A stretch of DNA of 64,000 nucleotides from the NCBI RefSeq assembly GCF_028641065.1, contig NW_026576151.1:62001-126000 (forward strand), in the 5' to 3' direction. This stretch comes from Leucoraja erinacea (taxonomy: Eukaryota). The notes under the pieces were generated by a model that made no database searches, was not told the origin of the DNA, and was given only the letters and a program-made list of their open reading frames with translations. Below, in pieces: positions 25,922 through 38,368 of this stretch. The translations under genes were made by a program, and so were the position numbers. Within the stretch, counting starts at the first letter, position 1. Each line of letters starts with the position of its first letter.

Positions 25922-26268
25922 TGGTGGCACAGTGGCACAGCGGTAGAGTTGCAGCCTTACAACGCTTGCAGTGCCAGAGACCCGGGTTCGATCCCGACTC
26001 CAGGTGCTGTCTGTACGGAGTTTGTATGTTCTCCCCGTGACCGCGTGGGTTTTCTCCGAGATCTTCGATTTCCTCCTACACTCCAAAGGCGTACAGGTTT
26101 GTAGGTTAATTGGCTTGGTATAAGTGTAAATTGTCCCTAGTGTGTATAGGGTAATGTTAATGTGCGGGGATCACTGGTCGCTGTGAACTCGGTGGGTCGA
26201 CGGGCCTGTTTCCGCGCTGTATCTCTAAACTAAACTAAACTAAACTAAACTAAACTAAGCTAAACTAA
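25922..26268 (+). mobile_element. tRNA-derived SINE (HE1/V-SINE-like), full length
   Basis: A box GTGGCACAGCGGTAGAG, B box GGGTTCGATCCC, central domain, LINE-shared 3' end and (TAAAC)n tail. Confidence 0.85.
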
Positions 26269-27019
26269 GGTAGACAAAAGTGCTGGAGAAACTCAGCGGG
26301 TGCAGCAGCATCTATGGAGCGAAAGAGCCAATTTCGAGGAGCGAAGGAATCTATGAAGCCTATTCCCTTCGCTCCATTGATGCTGCTGCACCCACTGAGT
26401 TTCTTCAGCACTTTTGTCTACCTTTGATTTTCCAGCATCTGCAGCTCCTTCTTGAACTAAACTAAGCTAAACTGAAGATGTATTTTTATGGGTCTGGTGT
26501 TTTGAACTCAGAACCTTTCTGATCAGCCACAGATACGTGAATATTCAAAAGAGTTCTGATGTCGAGCAATTGATAGTTCTGAAAATGTTCCTGTTTGCAC
26601 TCAAGATGTTACAATTATGTAGATAAACTTCCTCATTTAAACTATAGTTAATTGTCATTGTTGTCCTGAGTTTAGTTTAGAGTTACAATACAATACAACT
26701 TTATTTATTCCGGTGGGAAACTGGTCTGCCACCAGTCAAAAGATACAGTTACAATGCATTGAAAGTCATGTGCATTACAATAATAATGAAATTTAAGTGA
26801 CCAGATATTGCACAGCACATATGTAATATTGCAGAAAATTAAAATAACATTATCGAGAGGAAAAGTCCAGGCTGAGGGATGTGCAAAGATCGGGGGGGAG
26901 TCAGTCAGTCTACCCCACGACAGAAGGGGGAGGAGTTATACGGTTTGGTAGCCACAGAGAAAAAGGATCACCTGTGGCGTTCTGTGCTGCACTGTGTTAA
27001 TGTTAATGTGCTCTGTTGC

Positions 27020-27705
27020 TGTTGGTGCAGCATGGAAGCACGTCCTTCGATCCATCGAGTCTGCGCTGACCATCGATCACCCATTCACACTAGCTCTGCC
27101 TTGTTCCACTTTTGAATCCACTCCCTACACACTAGGGGGCGCAATTTACAGTGGCCATTTAACCTGCAAATCTGCCAGTCTTTGGGATGTGGGAGGAAGC
27201 CAGCGCATCTGGAGAAAATTCACACGGCCACAGGGAGAACATGCTGACTTTATACACTCAGCTTATACAAGGTCGGGATCGAACCTAGGCTTCTGGCGCT
27301 GTGAGGCAGTAGCTCTACTCCCTGTGCAACAAAGTATAAAAGTTCACTGTATTTATAAGTCAGGAGAGGAGAAAGAGATTCTCCAGAACTTTCCAGAAGA
27401 TCTGCTCAAGTTTAGTTTTGGTTTAGTTTAGAGATACAGTGCGGAAACAGGCCCTATGGCCCACCGAGTCCGCACTGACTAGCGATCCCCGCACATATTA
27501 ACTCCACCCTACACACACTAGGGACAATTTTACATTTATACCAAGCCAAGAAACCTACAAACATGTGTGGGAGGAAACCGAAGATCTCAGAGAAAACCCA
27601 TGCAGGTCACGGGGAGAAGGGACAAACTCCGTACAGACAGCACCCATAGTCAGGATCAAACCCTGGGTCTCTGGAACTGGAAGGTAGCAACTCTACCGCT
27701 GCCCG
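27020..27705 (-). mobile_element. Two adjacent minus-strand tRNA-derived SINE copies (about 27020-27325 and 27410-27705)
   Basis: Reverse-complement similarity to 25922-26268. Confidence 0.7.
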
Positions 27706-27960
27706 AAATGTATTTTGGAGAATCTATTTCTCCTCTCCAGATTTAATAATAGAATAATATTTCATACATTTGGATCTATCTATTGGCATCTATTAGCTTC
27801 AGTCTCATCTGGTTGTGCCACAGCTACGCCAGGTTCGTTGCCCAGTAAAATGGAGACACAAGTGTTCGCAGATGCTGGAATCTTGAGGAAAGCACAAAGT
27901 GCTGGAGGAACTCAGCGGACCAGGCAACACCAGTGGAAGGAACAGACAGCCTAAAAATAA

Positions 27961-28772
27961 TGGGCCTGTCCCACTTAGGCGACTTTTTCGGCGACTGCAG
28001 GATACTCTGCAGATGCCACATGGTTACCACATGTTCGCGGGTGGTTGTCGGGGAGGTGCCTTCATGGTCGTGAGGAGTTCCCGCATTCTTGGAACTAGTC
28101 GAGGCCTCATTATGGTCGCCGTGAATTTTTCAACATGTTGAAAAATTAGCAGTGCTAGAATGAAGCCGCCATGGAGAGTAGCGAGGATTCTCGAGCCGTA
28201 GGTGGGTCACCAGAATGGTCCAAATGTTCTCGGAGGTTCTCGTAGGTTGTAGCCGGTGCTGGCCGGTAAATTTTATTGGTTCATTGGGGGATAAAAAGGT
28301 AAGCGGTAGTTTTCAGAACCACTTCTCCCCCCTTCTCCCCCCCTCTTATAAAGGACTTACCGTACACTGTGCTTTAGCCGTCTTAATTACAGCGCCAACC
28401 TTCCTGTTCATCGCGGTGTGTGTCTGTATCACATTGGCTTTGCACCGTGTGAATTTTTTAGACAGGGCAAGCGGGGGGAGCGCTGCTAAAAAATTCACAC
28501 GNNNNNNNNNNNNNNNNNNNNNNNNNNNNNNNNNNNNNNNNNNNNNNNNNNNNNNNNNNNNNNNNNNNNNNNNNNNNNNNNNNNNNNNNNNNNNNNNNNN
28601 NNNNNNNNNNNNNNNNNNNNNNNNNNNNNNNNNNNNNNNNNNNNNNNNNNNNNNNNNNNNNNNNNNNNNNNNNNNNNNNNNGGCATTTCAGTTGCCCCTT
28701 TTTCAGGCGAGTGCCGGCAACTTCACAGTCGCCGGCAGTCGACTGAAAAATAGCCTAACTGGGACAGGCCCA
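27961..28772. mobile_element. PIF/Harbinger-like MITE (contains a 180-N gap)
   Basis: TGGGCCTGTCCCACTTAGGC ... GCCTAACTGGGACAGGCCCA with TAA/TTA flanks. Confidence 0.75.
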
Positions 28773-28829
28773 TTAAGAAGGGTCCTGACCCTGGATGTCA
28801 TCTGACCATTTCCCTCCGCTTTTCTCCCC

Positions 28830-29636
28830 AACAGAGACAGATGGCTGAGGCAGCCACCACTATCATCCAGCAGGAGCCAGTGGAGATAGTGGAGGTATAC
28901 AAATACCTGGGAACAGCCTTCGACAACCTCCTAAGGTTTTCCTCTAACATGGAGGAAATCCTTAAAAAGTACCATCAGAGACAGTACCTGCTCAGGAAGC
29001 TGAAGTCATTTGGGATTAACAAAGACATTCTCACCACATTCTACTACGCAATGTAATAACCTTCTCTTTCACTAGCTGGTTCCACTCCATCACCCTGCAA
29101 AACAGAAACCGCCTGTTGAATGTGGTCAAGGTCTGCTCAGAAATCATTGAGCAGCCCGTCCGAACTCTCACTGCCCTATGCGACCAACAGTCTGTAAAGT
29201 TAACACGCAGGATTCTTCAGGACCCCTCTCACATCCTGTTTCCTGAGTTTGAATGGCTCCCCTCAGGACACAGACTCTGCTGTCCGGGTTGCCGGACACA
29301 GAGGAGGAAGGCAACCTTCATCCCCAGGGCTGTCCAGCTTTTTAATGCTGATCACTGACTCATGAACATATGAAATGAAATAACCTTCTATATGCACTTT
29401 TTAATTGAAGCACTTAGGAAGCATTTTAAAAACTATTGCTTTGTGTTGAATGTTGATGTGCGGTGTGTGTTGTGTGATTGTGCAGTGTGTCTGTGAAATG
29501 CGTGTGCTGGTTGATTGTGCAGTATGCGTGCTGCTTATGTTTGTTGATTGTGGCCATTTTTAAAAAGCTACTGTAAGCGCCCTTTTAAATTGCCCCTCGG
29601 GGACGAATAAAGTGCTTTGAATTGAATTGAATTGAT
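28830..29636 (+). mobile_element. Rex1/Babar- or L2-type LINE 3' fragment
   Basis: VEVYKYLGTAFDNLLRF...QRQYLLRKLKSF...DPSHILFPEFEWLPSGHR...TFIPRAV; 3' hairpin, AATAAA and (TTGAA)n tail. Confidence 0.75.
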
Positions 29637-29737
29637 CTCGCTTGACCCACCTCTTTGTGTTTTGCCCACGATTCCAGCATCTACAGTTTTGTGTGTCTGC
29701 AAGTGACAGGTTGTTACTCATAAGGGGGGTAGGGGGG

Positions 29738-32700
29738 GAGGAACTGCAGATGCTGGTTTTCACCGAAGATTGAGACAAAATACTGGAGTAACTCAGCGGG
29801 GCAGCATCTCTGGAGCGAAGGAATGGATGACATTTCAGGTCGAGACCCTTCTTCAGACTGAGAGTCAGAGGAGAGGGAAACCCTATGGAAGGGTAAGATG
29901 TGAAAACGGGAGAAAAAAGGGGACAAAGATCAAGGGAAATGTAGAATAGATCATTGTTAGCCAGGAGAAGGTGACAACGAAGCAAACAGAGATAAAAATT
30001 AATCAGGTGGACAATCAGACTGGTCGGAGAACTAGGAAGGGTGAGGAATGGAGAGAGAGGGAAAGCAAGGCTTACTTGAAGTTGAAGAAATCAATATTCA
30101 TACCGCTGGGGTGTAAGCTGCCCAAGCGAAATATGAGGTGCTGTCCCTCCAATTTGAGCTGGGCCTCACTCTGACAACGGAGGAGGCCCTGGACAGAAAG
30201 GTCAGATGGGGAATGGAAGGGGGAGTTAAAGTGTTTAGCAACCGGGAGATCGGGTAGTGAAATGCTCTTGGACTCACCGATATACAGGAGTCCACACGTG
30301 GAACAGCGGATACAGTAGATGAGGTTGGAGGCGGTGCAAGTGAACCTCTGCTTCACCTGAAATGACTGTCGGAGTCCTTGAATGGAGTCGACGGGGGAGG
30401 TAAAGGTACAGGTGTTGCTTCTCCTGCTGTTGTAGGGGAAAGTACCTGGGGAGGGAGCGGCTTGGTTGGGAAGGGACGAGTTGACCAGGGAGTTGCAGAG
30501 GAAACGGTCTCTGTGGAAAGATGTGGAGATGAGAAGATGTGGCTAGTGGTGGGATGCCGTTGGAGGTGTCAAAACTGTTGGAGAATGATGTGCTGTATGC
30601 GATAGGGTGGAAGGTGAGGGCTTTGTCCCTGTGGTGGCTGGGGGGAGGGCGAGCAAGAACGGAGCTGTGGGATATCAAGGAAACCCTAGTGAGGGGAACA
30701 TCTATGATGGAAGAGGGAAACCCCCGTTCCTTAATAAATGAGGACATCTCATCATACCCAGATGACCTGGTATGGAACACCTCATCCTTGGAGCAGATGC
30801 GGCATAGACGGAGGAATTCGGAGTAGGGGATTGAGTCTTTACAGGAAGCAGGGTGCGGAGAAGTGTAGTCTAAATAGCTATGGGGTTTAGTAGATTTATA
30901 ATCAATGCCAGTCAATAGACTGTCTCCTGTCATGGAGAGATCCAGAAACGGTAGGGAGATGTCAGAGATGGTCCAAGTGAATTTGAGCGCAGGATGGAAA
31001 TTAGTCGTGAAGTTAATGAAGTCTGCGACTCCTTCATGGGTGCTGGAGGTAGCACCGATGCAGCCATCAATGTAACGGGCGAGACACATAACAATAAACT
31101 CACTTGAACTTGAACTTGAACTTGAACTTGAGTTTGGGGATAGGACCAGTGTACGCCTGGAACAGGGATTGTTCGACGTACCCGACAAAGTGGCAGGCAT
31201 AGCTGGGGCCCATGCAGTGCACATAGTTATGCCTTGGAGGATGTGGAAGGAGTCAAAGGAGAAGTTGGTGAGAGCGAGAACCAGCTCCACTAGGCGGAGT
31301 AGAGTGTTAGTAAAGGGAAACATAGAAACATAGAAATTAGGTGCAGGAGTAGGCCATTCGCCCTTCGAGACTAGCCAGGATCATGGCTGATCATCCAACT
31401 CAGTATCCTGTACCTGCTTCTCTCCATACCCCCTGATCCCTTTAGCCACAAGGGCCACATCTAACTCCCTCTTAAATATAGCCAATGAACTGTGGCCTCA
31501 ACTACCCTCTGTGGCACAGAGTTCCACAGATTCACCACTCTCTGTGTGAAAAAAGTTCTTCTCATCTCAGTTTTAAAGGATTTCCTCCTTATCCTTAAGC
31601 TGTGGCCCCTTGTCCTGGACTTCCCCAACATCGGGAACAATCTTCTTGCATCTAGCCTGTCCAACCCCTTAAGAATTTTGTAAGTTTCTATAAGATCCCC
31701 TCTCAATCTCCTAAATTCTAGAGAGTATAAACCAAGTCTATCCAGTCTTTCTTCATAAGACAGTCCTGACATCCCAGGAATCAGTCTGGTGAACCTTCTC
31801 TGCACTCCCTCTATGGCAACAATGTCCTTCCTCAGATTTGGAGACCCTCAGAAATTGGATGGTTCTGCGGTAGAGGAAGAAACGAAGAGCTTTAAGGTCT
31901 TCCTGGTGGCGGATGGAGGCGTAGAATGACTGAACATCCATAGTAAAGATGTGGGAGTTGGGGCTCGGAAAGCGGAATTCATTAAAGAGACAAAGGGCAT
32001 GTGAGGTATCATGGACATAGATCGGGAGAGATTGGACCAGGGAGGGATAGGATGGAGTCGAGGTACATGGAAATCATTGCAGTGGGACAGGAGCGGGCAG
32101 AAACTATGGGTCTGCCAGGACAGTTGTGTTTGTGGATTTTGGGGAGAAGGTAAAGCCGGGCTGTGCGGGGCTGGGAAACGATAAGGTTGGAGGCTGTGGA
32201 AGGCAGACAGCCAGAAGTGATGAAATCAACAATGGTGTTTGAGATTAAGGCCTGGTGCTGTTCTGTGGGATCATGGTCAAGGATTAGGAGGAGGTGTCTG
32301 AGAGTTGTCGCCTGGTCTCAGCCCAATAGAGGTCAGCGCGCCAGACTACCATGGCACCTCCCTTATCAGCGGGTTTGTTTATAATGTCAGGGTTGCTGCA
32401 GAGTGAGCGGAGGGCTGTATGTTCAGAGGGGGTGAAATTAGAGTAGGTAAGGGAAGTGGAAAAGTTGAGATGGTTGATGTCACACCGGCAGATAGAAATA
32501 AAGAGGTCTAGAGAGGCCATTCTGGGGAGTCCAAGAGGATGAGGCCAGGTGGAGACGGGAGGAGGGGTCATCACTGGGTGGTGAGGAAGAGAAGCCTTAC
32601 GTCGTGGTGCACACGGAACTCGTTGAGGTGGGAGCGGAGGGGAACAAAGGTGAGGTCTCTGTTGAGGACAGACCATTCCATCTGGGAAAGGGGGAGGTCA

Positions 32701-33300
32701 GAGGGGATGGTGAAGTCACGACAAGGGTGAGGGTTGTGGTCAAAGGTGGGCTGGGGAGTGGACGGAGGTTGAGGCGAGATCTGGTGTGGGGGACGGTGGG
32801 TGTTCGGAGAGATGGGGGGGCGTGATGACTATTGTATAGGTGGGGTGCGGTGGGGGTAACCTGGTTAAAAGAGGGGGAAGGGGAGATTGATTGGCTGATG
32901 CAAGAGGGTCGCAAAGGCCAAAGGTGAAGAGGAGAGGAAGTGAGTGAACGGAGGGATGGAAGGGGACCAGGACGTGGAGAAAGACAGGGGAACATAGCGA
33001 CATTTGGGACGTAGATAATATGAAGAAGGGGATATGAACAGAATGACATGGAGGGTTGGATGATGATGGGTTTATTGGGTACACACCAGACTGGGGTGAC
33101 CGGTACAGGAAATAAAGAAGAGGTGGGGGGGTTAGTAATTGAAGTTGAAGAATGCAATGTTCATACTGTTGAGATAAACTTCTTAAGTGAAATATGAGGC
33201 AGTATTCCTCCAATATGTGTGTGACCTCACTCTGGTGATGGAGGTGATTGACGGAAGGGGAGTTAAAATGTTTCAAACCTGGGAGATCCAGGGAGGCTTG
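29738..33300 (-). mobile_element. Penelope-like retroelement (degenerate RT + GIY-YIG endonuclease + pseudo-LTR)
   Basis: Motifs IINKPADKGGAMVVW, FTMDVQSFYASI, RYID, FTTNFHPALKFTWTIS, SIPYSEFLRL, and GIY-YIG RFTCTASNLIYCIRCSTCGLLYIGES. Hammerhead-like motif at 29829-29856. A partial tandem C-terminus near 33130-33290. Confidence 0.85.
31318..31847 (-). mobile_element. CR1 LINE 3' fragment nested in the Penelope-like element
   Basis: ORF 31461-31805; same subfamily as 20870-21400. Confidence 0.85.
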
Positions 33301-33439
33301 GTAGCCAGATCCTAAATGTTCAGTGAGATTGTTGCCTAGTCAATGCTAGGTTTTGCCAATATATAGGAGGCCACATCAGGAGCACATAACTCAGTAGACA
33401 AGATTTGAAGAGGTCTTTCTCTGCAGGGTCGAATCGGCA

Positions 33440-34075
33440 TTAAGGAAGGCAAGCACAATGCTAGTCTTTATTTCAAGAAAACCAGAATATAAAAACAGGG
33501 ACGTAATGCTGAGGCTCTATAAGATGTACTGTGTAATGTGAGGAATTTTGCGCACCATATCTAAGGAAGGATGAGCTGGCCCTGGAGATGGTCCAGAGGA
33601 GGTTTACAAGAATGATCACAGGAATGAGTGGGTCCACATATGATGAGCGTTTGACAGTGCTGGGCTTCTACTCGCTGGAGTTTAGAAGGATGAGGAGGGA
33701 CCTTATTGAAACCTACTGAATAGTGAAAGGCTTGGATAGAGTGGATGGGGAGAGGATGTTTTCACTAGTGGGAGAGTCTAAGACCAGAAGTCATAGCCTC
33801 AGAATTAAAGGATGTTCCTTTTGGAAGGAGATGAGGAGGAATTTCTTTAGTCATAAGGTAGTGAATCTGTGGGATTATTTGCCGCTGAAGGCGGTGGAGG
33901 CCAAGTCAATGGATATTTTTAATGCAGTGATAGATAGATTAGTACTGGTATCAGGGGTTACGAGAAGAAGGCAGGAAAATTGGGTTAGGAGAGATAGATC
34001 AACCATGATTGAATGGCAGAGTGGACTTATTGAGTCTAATGGCCTAATTCTGCTCCTATCACTTATGAACTTGTG
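33440..34075 (+). mobile_element. CR1 LINE 3' fragment
   Basis: VQRRFTRMI...LEFRRMRRDLIETY...; ORF 33723-34076. Confidence 0.8.
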
Positions 34076-34210
34076 ACCTTCCTCCCCTCCTCTCGTTATC
34101 TGACATCTACTTTTGTCTCCTTTTCAATTCTAACCTTTGTCACTTACTCCACCCATCTGTCAATGTAACCCTCCCCATTGGTTTCCAGCTATCTTTTGTC
34201 TGTCCCCCCC

Positions 34211-34245
<35 letters not shown>

Positions 34246-34522
34246 CCCCCCCCCCCCCCCCCCCCCTCGCTCCCCCCTACTCTCTTTCCAAGCTTCCTTA
34301 CCCCTACTCCTATCAGCATGAATAAAGTCCCGACATGCAGATTCTCTCCCCTTGTTTGTGGCCCAAGTAGTTTCTGAATCTCTGATCATGCCCATGACCA
34401 AAGGCTAACGAATAACATGCTCACGTTAAAGTATCTGCATGAGACTAACTGATTCTACCATTTGGGGGGCTTTCAATCCAAAATAAAAGAATCCAACATA
34501 ATAATGGTGTAATAAAGATGAT

Positions 34523-34528
34523 TTTATT
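34523..34528 (-). terminator. Polyadenylation signal of crystallin C
   Basis: AATAAA on the minus strand about 40 nt after the TAG stop. Confidence 0.75.
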
Positions 34529-34566
34529 ATGTTGACCACAGTTTCAACATGCTTTCCAGAAACATT

Positions 34567-35929
34567 CTAGAAGTCCCTCATGCGCCTGAAAGACCCGATG
34601 GTGGAGTTGTAGCCGCCCCAGTCATTGTATTTCCTGTACTCCCCGGGTCTCATGAAGTACTGTCGGCCTCTGTAGTTGGGTTGTTCATAGAAGATCCAGG
34701 AACCGTCCGTCACTTGGCAGGAGTGAATGTCACGGTAACGGAAGCGATCGTAGACGGAGGGACAGTCGTCCATGAATTCCATCGTCTGTCCTCCAAAGTC
34801 AGGCCTCTCGTAAATCTTCATCCTGTAGTTGCCTCCCTGGTACTGGAATGGAGAAAAAAAATGGCAACCCTGATGAAACTGCAGATATCAATGAATGTAC
34901 ATCGAGAAACGGGTGCCCAGTTGTGAAGGGGGAGGTTGACCAAGCATGTTGACTATGCTTGAACCTTGTTAACAGCAAGCAGCTTGACGATACCTTTCTT
35001 TTATAAAATAATGGGTGGTCTATGAAACAGATGGTGAACTGATGTTGCAGAGTCTACCTATAAGGCTCATCAACATCAGTAAAATATGATGTATTATTCT
35101 TATTGTGAGATTTTTCCTTTGCATAATAGGAGGTCAGGATGCTGATGGCTTTTAATGTACCAAAGTTTCACTGTAAAAGTAATAGGATGAGTTCAAATGA
35201 AGCCAATTGTATATTCTCATGAGCAGTAATACTACTTTCAACACAGACTAGAGAACAAATTGGCTTTTGGCGCTGCATGACCGAGCAGTAACAAACAAGT
35301 GACTGGTTATACTTCTGATCTTTCAGGAGCTTTGATGCAGACTGTATGTCATAACATGACTTCATGTTTGTCGATGAGAAGTTGACTCTACTTAACTGTA
35401 CGTTCAAAACTACAAGAGCTGCATTTAACTTTGGCAGGCAGCACTGGGTTGGTGAAGTGGATATTTGATAGAAAGCTAATTGACTTCCTCCAATTTGTGG
35501 AAAGTTAAAATCTATCTTCTAAACAGCTGTTGGAAGCGGAAACACCAGCTGGGTAGAACTTAGATGCCACTAAGAGCAACTTACGTGTGGGTAGGTGCGA
35601 CAGGACCTGATGTTGTCGTTGAATCCCATCCAGCGCTGGTAGTCAGGATACTCCCCCCTGTTCAGGACATACTGGTACCCCATGTAGTTGGGTCTCTCGT
35701 ACGCCACCCACCAGTCACTGTCCACACGGATGGAGTTACAGCGGCTGAAGTAAGAGGACAGGTCGGCACAGTCGGTGCTGCACTCATAGTGCCGACCCTG
35801 GAAGTTCCTGTCCTCGTAGAAGATGATCTGTGGACAACAAACAGGATTATCAATAATTTCTCAGTGAGAGGCATAGACAACAAAATCTGATGCACCATAT
35901 AAACTCTGAGTTCTCCTCACCTTTCCCAT
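34567..35929 (-). CDS. Gamma-crystallin gene C (gamma-S1-like), 175 aa: join(35921..35929, 35585..35827, 34567..34842)
   Basis: ATGGGAAAG|GTGAGG; exon 2 [40 protein letters not shown]...[11 protein letters not shown]|GTAAGT; exon 3 CAG|[18 protein letters not shown]...SFRRMRDF*. Canonical GT-AG introns of 93 and 742 nt. Confidence 0.95.
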
Positions 35930-35991
35930 GTTGTGCTCTCCAGTGAACTCGCTAGCTAACTGAATGTATCATGCTCACACACTGCTCAGTA

Positions 35992-36072
35992 TTTATACGG
36001 TTGGCAGAAAGGCCTATCCAGGCAGCGCTTTTGTTATTCTAATGACTTACAATATTGTAAAGTCAGCATTAA
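35992..36072 (-). promoter_or_regulatory. Proximal promoter of crystallin C: TATA box, Sox-like site, Maf half-site
   Basis: TATAAA 35992-35997; AACAAAAG about 36028-36035; TAATGCTGAC 36062-36071. Confidence 0.6.
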
Positions 36073-36567
36073 TGCAACAAAACGCATGACACAAAATCTC
36101 ATTGCAAAGGAAAGTACTTAAACGTACCTATGTATCTTTCGTCTCATTTTGCCTCCATGTCATTTTAATTGTGTTAACACAGAGACCATGCATTAGAGTC
36201 CATTGTGTTCCTTAAACCCTGCTTTCACTGCAGTTCTCGAAGAAGCCCTTAGCACAAAGGACCCATTTCTGACAGGTTGATACAATGGAGCAAATATATT
36301 TCAAAATAGGTCAGGGTAAATAGCCAGATAAAGTGGCTTTGAATACAACATTGTACATTTAGCTGGGGGTGTTTAGATTTCATCATACATATACCATTAT
36401 TATTTGCTGACGTTGCTACCACAGTGTCAGTGATGTTCATTAACGCTGAATATACAAAATGTCAATGCTTTGTTCTGTCTGTCTTTTGTTGTTCTAATTC
36501 ACAGATCAGCTGAATGTATATCACAATGGGACAAACACAGCCAAATGATGCCAGACAGTAGGGAAGA

Positions 36568-37065
36568 CTTTGTTAAGCTGGAAAGGGTACAGAGATAGTT
36601 TACGAGGATGTTGCCTGGACTAGAGGGTCTGGACTAGAGTGTCTGAGCTATAGGGAGAGGTTGAGTAGGCTGGGACTCTATTCCTTGGAGTGCAGGAGGA
36701 TGATGGGTGATCTTATAAAGGTGTATAAAATCCTGAGAGGAATAGGCCGGGTAGATGCACAGAGTCTCTTGCCCAGAGTAGGTGAATCGAGGACCATAGA
36801 TTTAAGGTGAAGGGGAAAAGATTAAATAGGAATCAGAGGTGTAACTTTTTCACGCAAAGGATGGTGGGTGTATGGAACAAGCCGCCAGAGGAAGTAGTTG
36901 AGGCTGGGACCGTCCCAACATTTAAGAAACTGTTAAACAGGTACATGGATAGGGCAGGTTTGGAGCGATATGGACCAAATGCGGGCAGGTGGGACTAGTG
37001 TAGCTGGGACATGTTGGCAAGTTGGGACGGCAGGCCTTTTTCCACGCTGTGTGACTCCATGACTC
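36568..37065 (+). mobile_element. CR1 LINE 3' fragment
   Basis: KLERVQR..FTRML...FFTQRMVGVWNK...AGRWD. A related copy lies on the minus strand at 38395-38955. Confidence 0.8.
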
Positions 37066-37513
37066 TGCGAGTCTAGCGTCTGGTATCAAGAAGCAGCTAA
37101 CTGCACTGGACACAGAAAAGCTTATGGTACCAGACATCTCCCTGGTTATAGTACTGACGATTAACATTTCCTATTGTGATGCATCCTGGTTGGATGCTCC
37201 TGACAGTACATCTGCAGCAGTTGGTAAGACTCATCGGAGACAGGCCAAATTTCCTTATTCTTTGAAGGAAAAAGAGGTGATGGTGTGCTTTCTATAGCCT
37301 GGCATCAATATAGTTGCACCAGGACAAACTGTGATGATATGTATACTGAGGAACTCAATGCTATTAACCATTTCCACTGCAGCACCAGTGATGTAATATG
37401 GAGTGTGTACACCATTCCACTTTATGCAGTCGATGACAAACAGCATCGTCTTGCTGACATTGAGGGGAAGGTTATTACGTTGACACCATGTCACTCATCT
37501 CTCTGTCTCCATC

Positions 37514-38368
37514 ATTCAATTCAATTCAATTTAATTGTCATTTGGACCCCTTGAGATCCAAACGAAATGCCGTTTCTGCAGCCATACATTACAAACAAAT
37601 AGACCCAAAACACAACATGATTTACATTTTACATACACATCCATCACATCGCTGTGATGGAAGGCCAAAAAAACTTATATCTCCACTGCACTCTCCCCCC
37701 CCCCTGATGTCAGAGTCAAAGTCAAAGCCCCCGGCTGGCGATGGCGATTGTCCCGCGGCCATTAAAGCCACGCCGGGTGGTGCGAGGTCGCACACCGGGT
37801 CTTGATGTTAGAGCCCCCGGCGTGCGCTCGCAGAGTCCCGCGGCCATTCTAAGCCGCGCGGGGGCGGTGATGTCAGGCCCCGCTCCAGAAGCTCTTCAAC
37901 CCCGCAACTCGGGCGGGAGAAGTCGCCATTGCAGGAGCCCTGAAAAGCGGTCTCCCTCCAGGGACCCGCGGGCTCCCGGTGCCGCCGTCTGCCAAACCCG
38001 CAGTTGCAGCCTCCGATTCCCCGGAGGTCGGGCCGCAGCAGCAGCAGCGCTCCACCACCGCTCCACCCGCTCCGGACTCGGCCAGCTCCGCGACGGTGAG
38101 GTGAGTCGGCACCAGAGTCCCCGGTCTTCTCCTGTTGGAGGCCGCTCCACATTGCAGCCCCAACGACAACGGAGACCCGACAAAGAAAAGGTTGGGTCTC
38201 CCATGCAGGGAGAGATTTAAAAGTTACCCCCTAACTCCCACCCCACCCCCACACACACACACCCCAACAAAAAATAACAAAAACTACATAAAAACATAGA
38301 CAAAAATAATAAAAACGCGGACGGGCTGCAGAGGCCGCTGCTGACGTGAGTCGCGCCGCCTACCGAAT
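37514..38368 (-). mobile_element. GC-rich non-autonomous retroposon, full length, (TTGAA)n tail
   Basis: Minus strand starts ATTCGGTAGGCGGCGCGAC and is colinear with 11181-12090. Confidence 0.8.

Noticed and set aside
25930-26000. tRNA gene (A and B boxes)
   Set aside because: It is a SINE head with no complete cloverleaf, followed by the SINE body and a (TAAAC)n tail.
34549-35890. Plus-strand ORFs overlapping crystallin exons (also 13902-14105, 59398-59760, 61011-61283)
   Set aside because: Antisense shadows of the real minus-strand exons.
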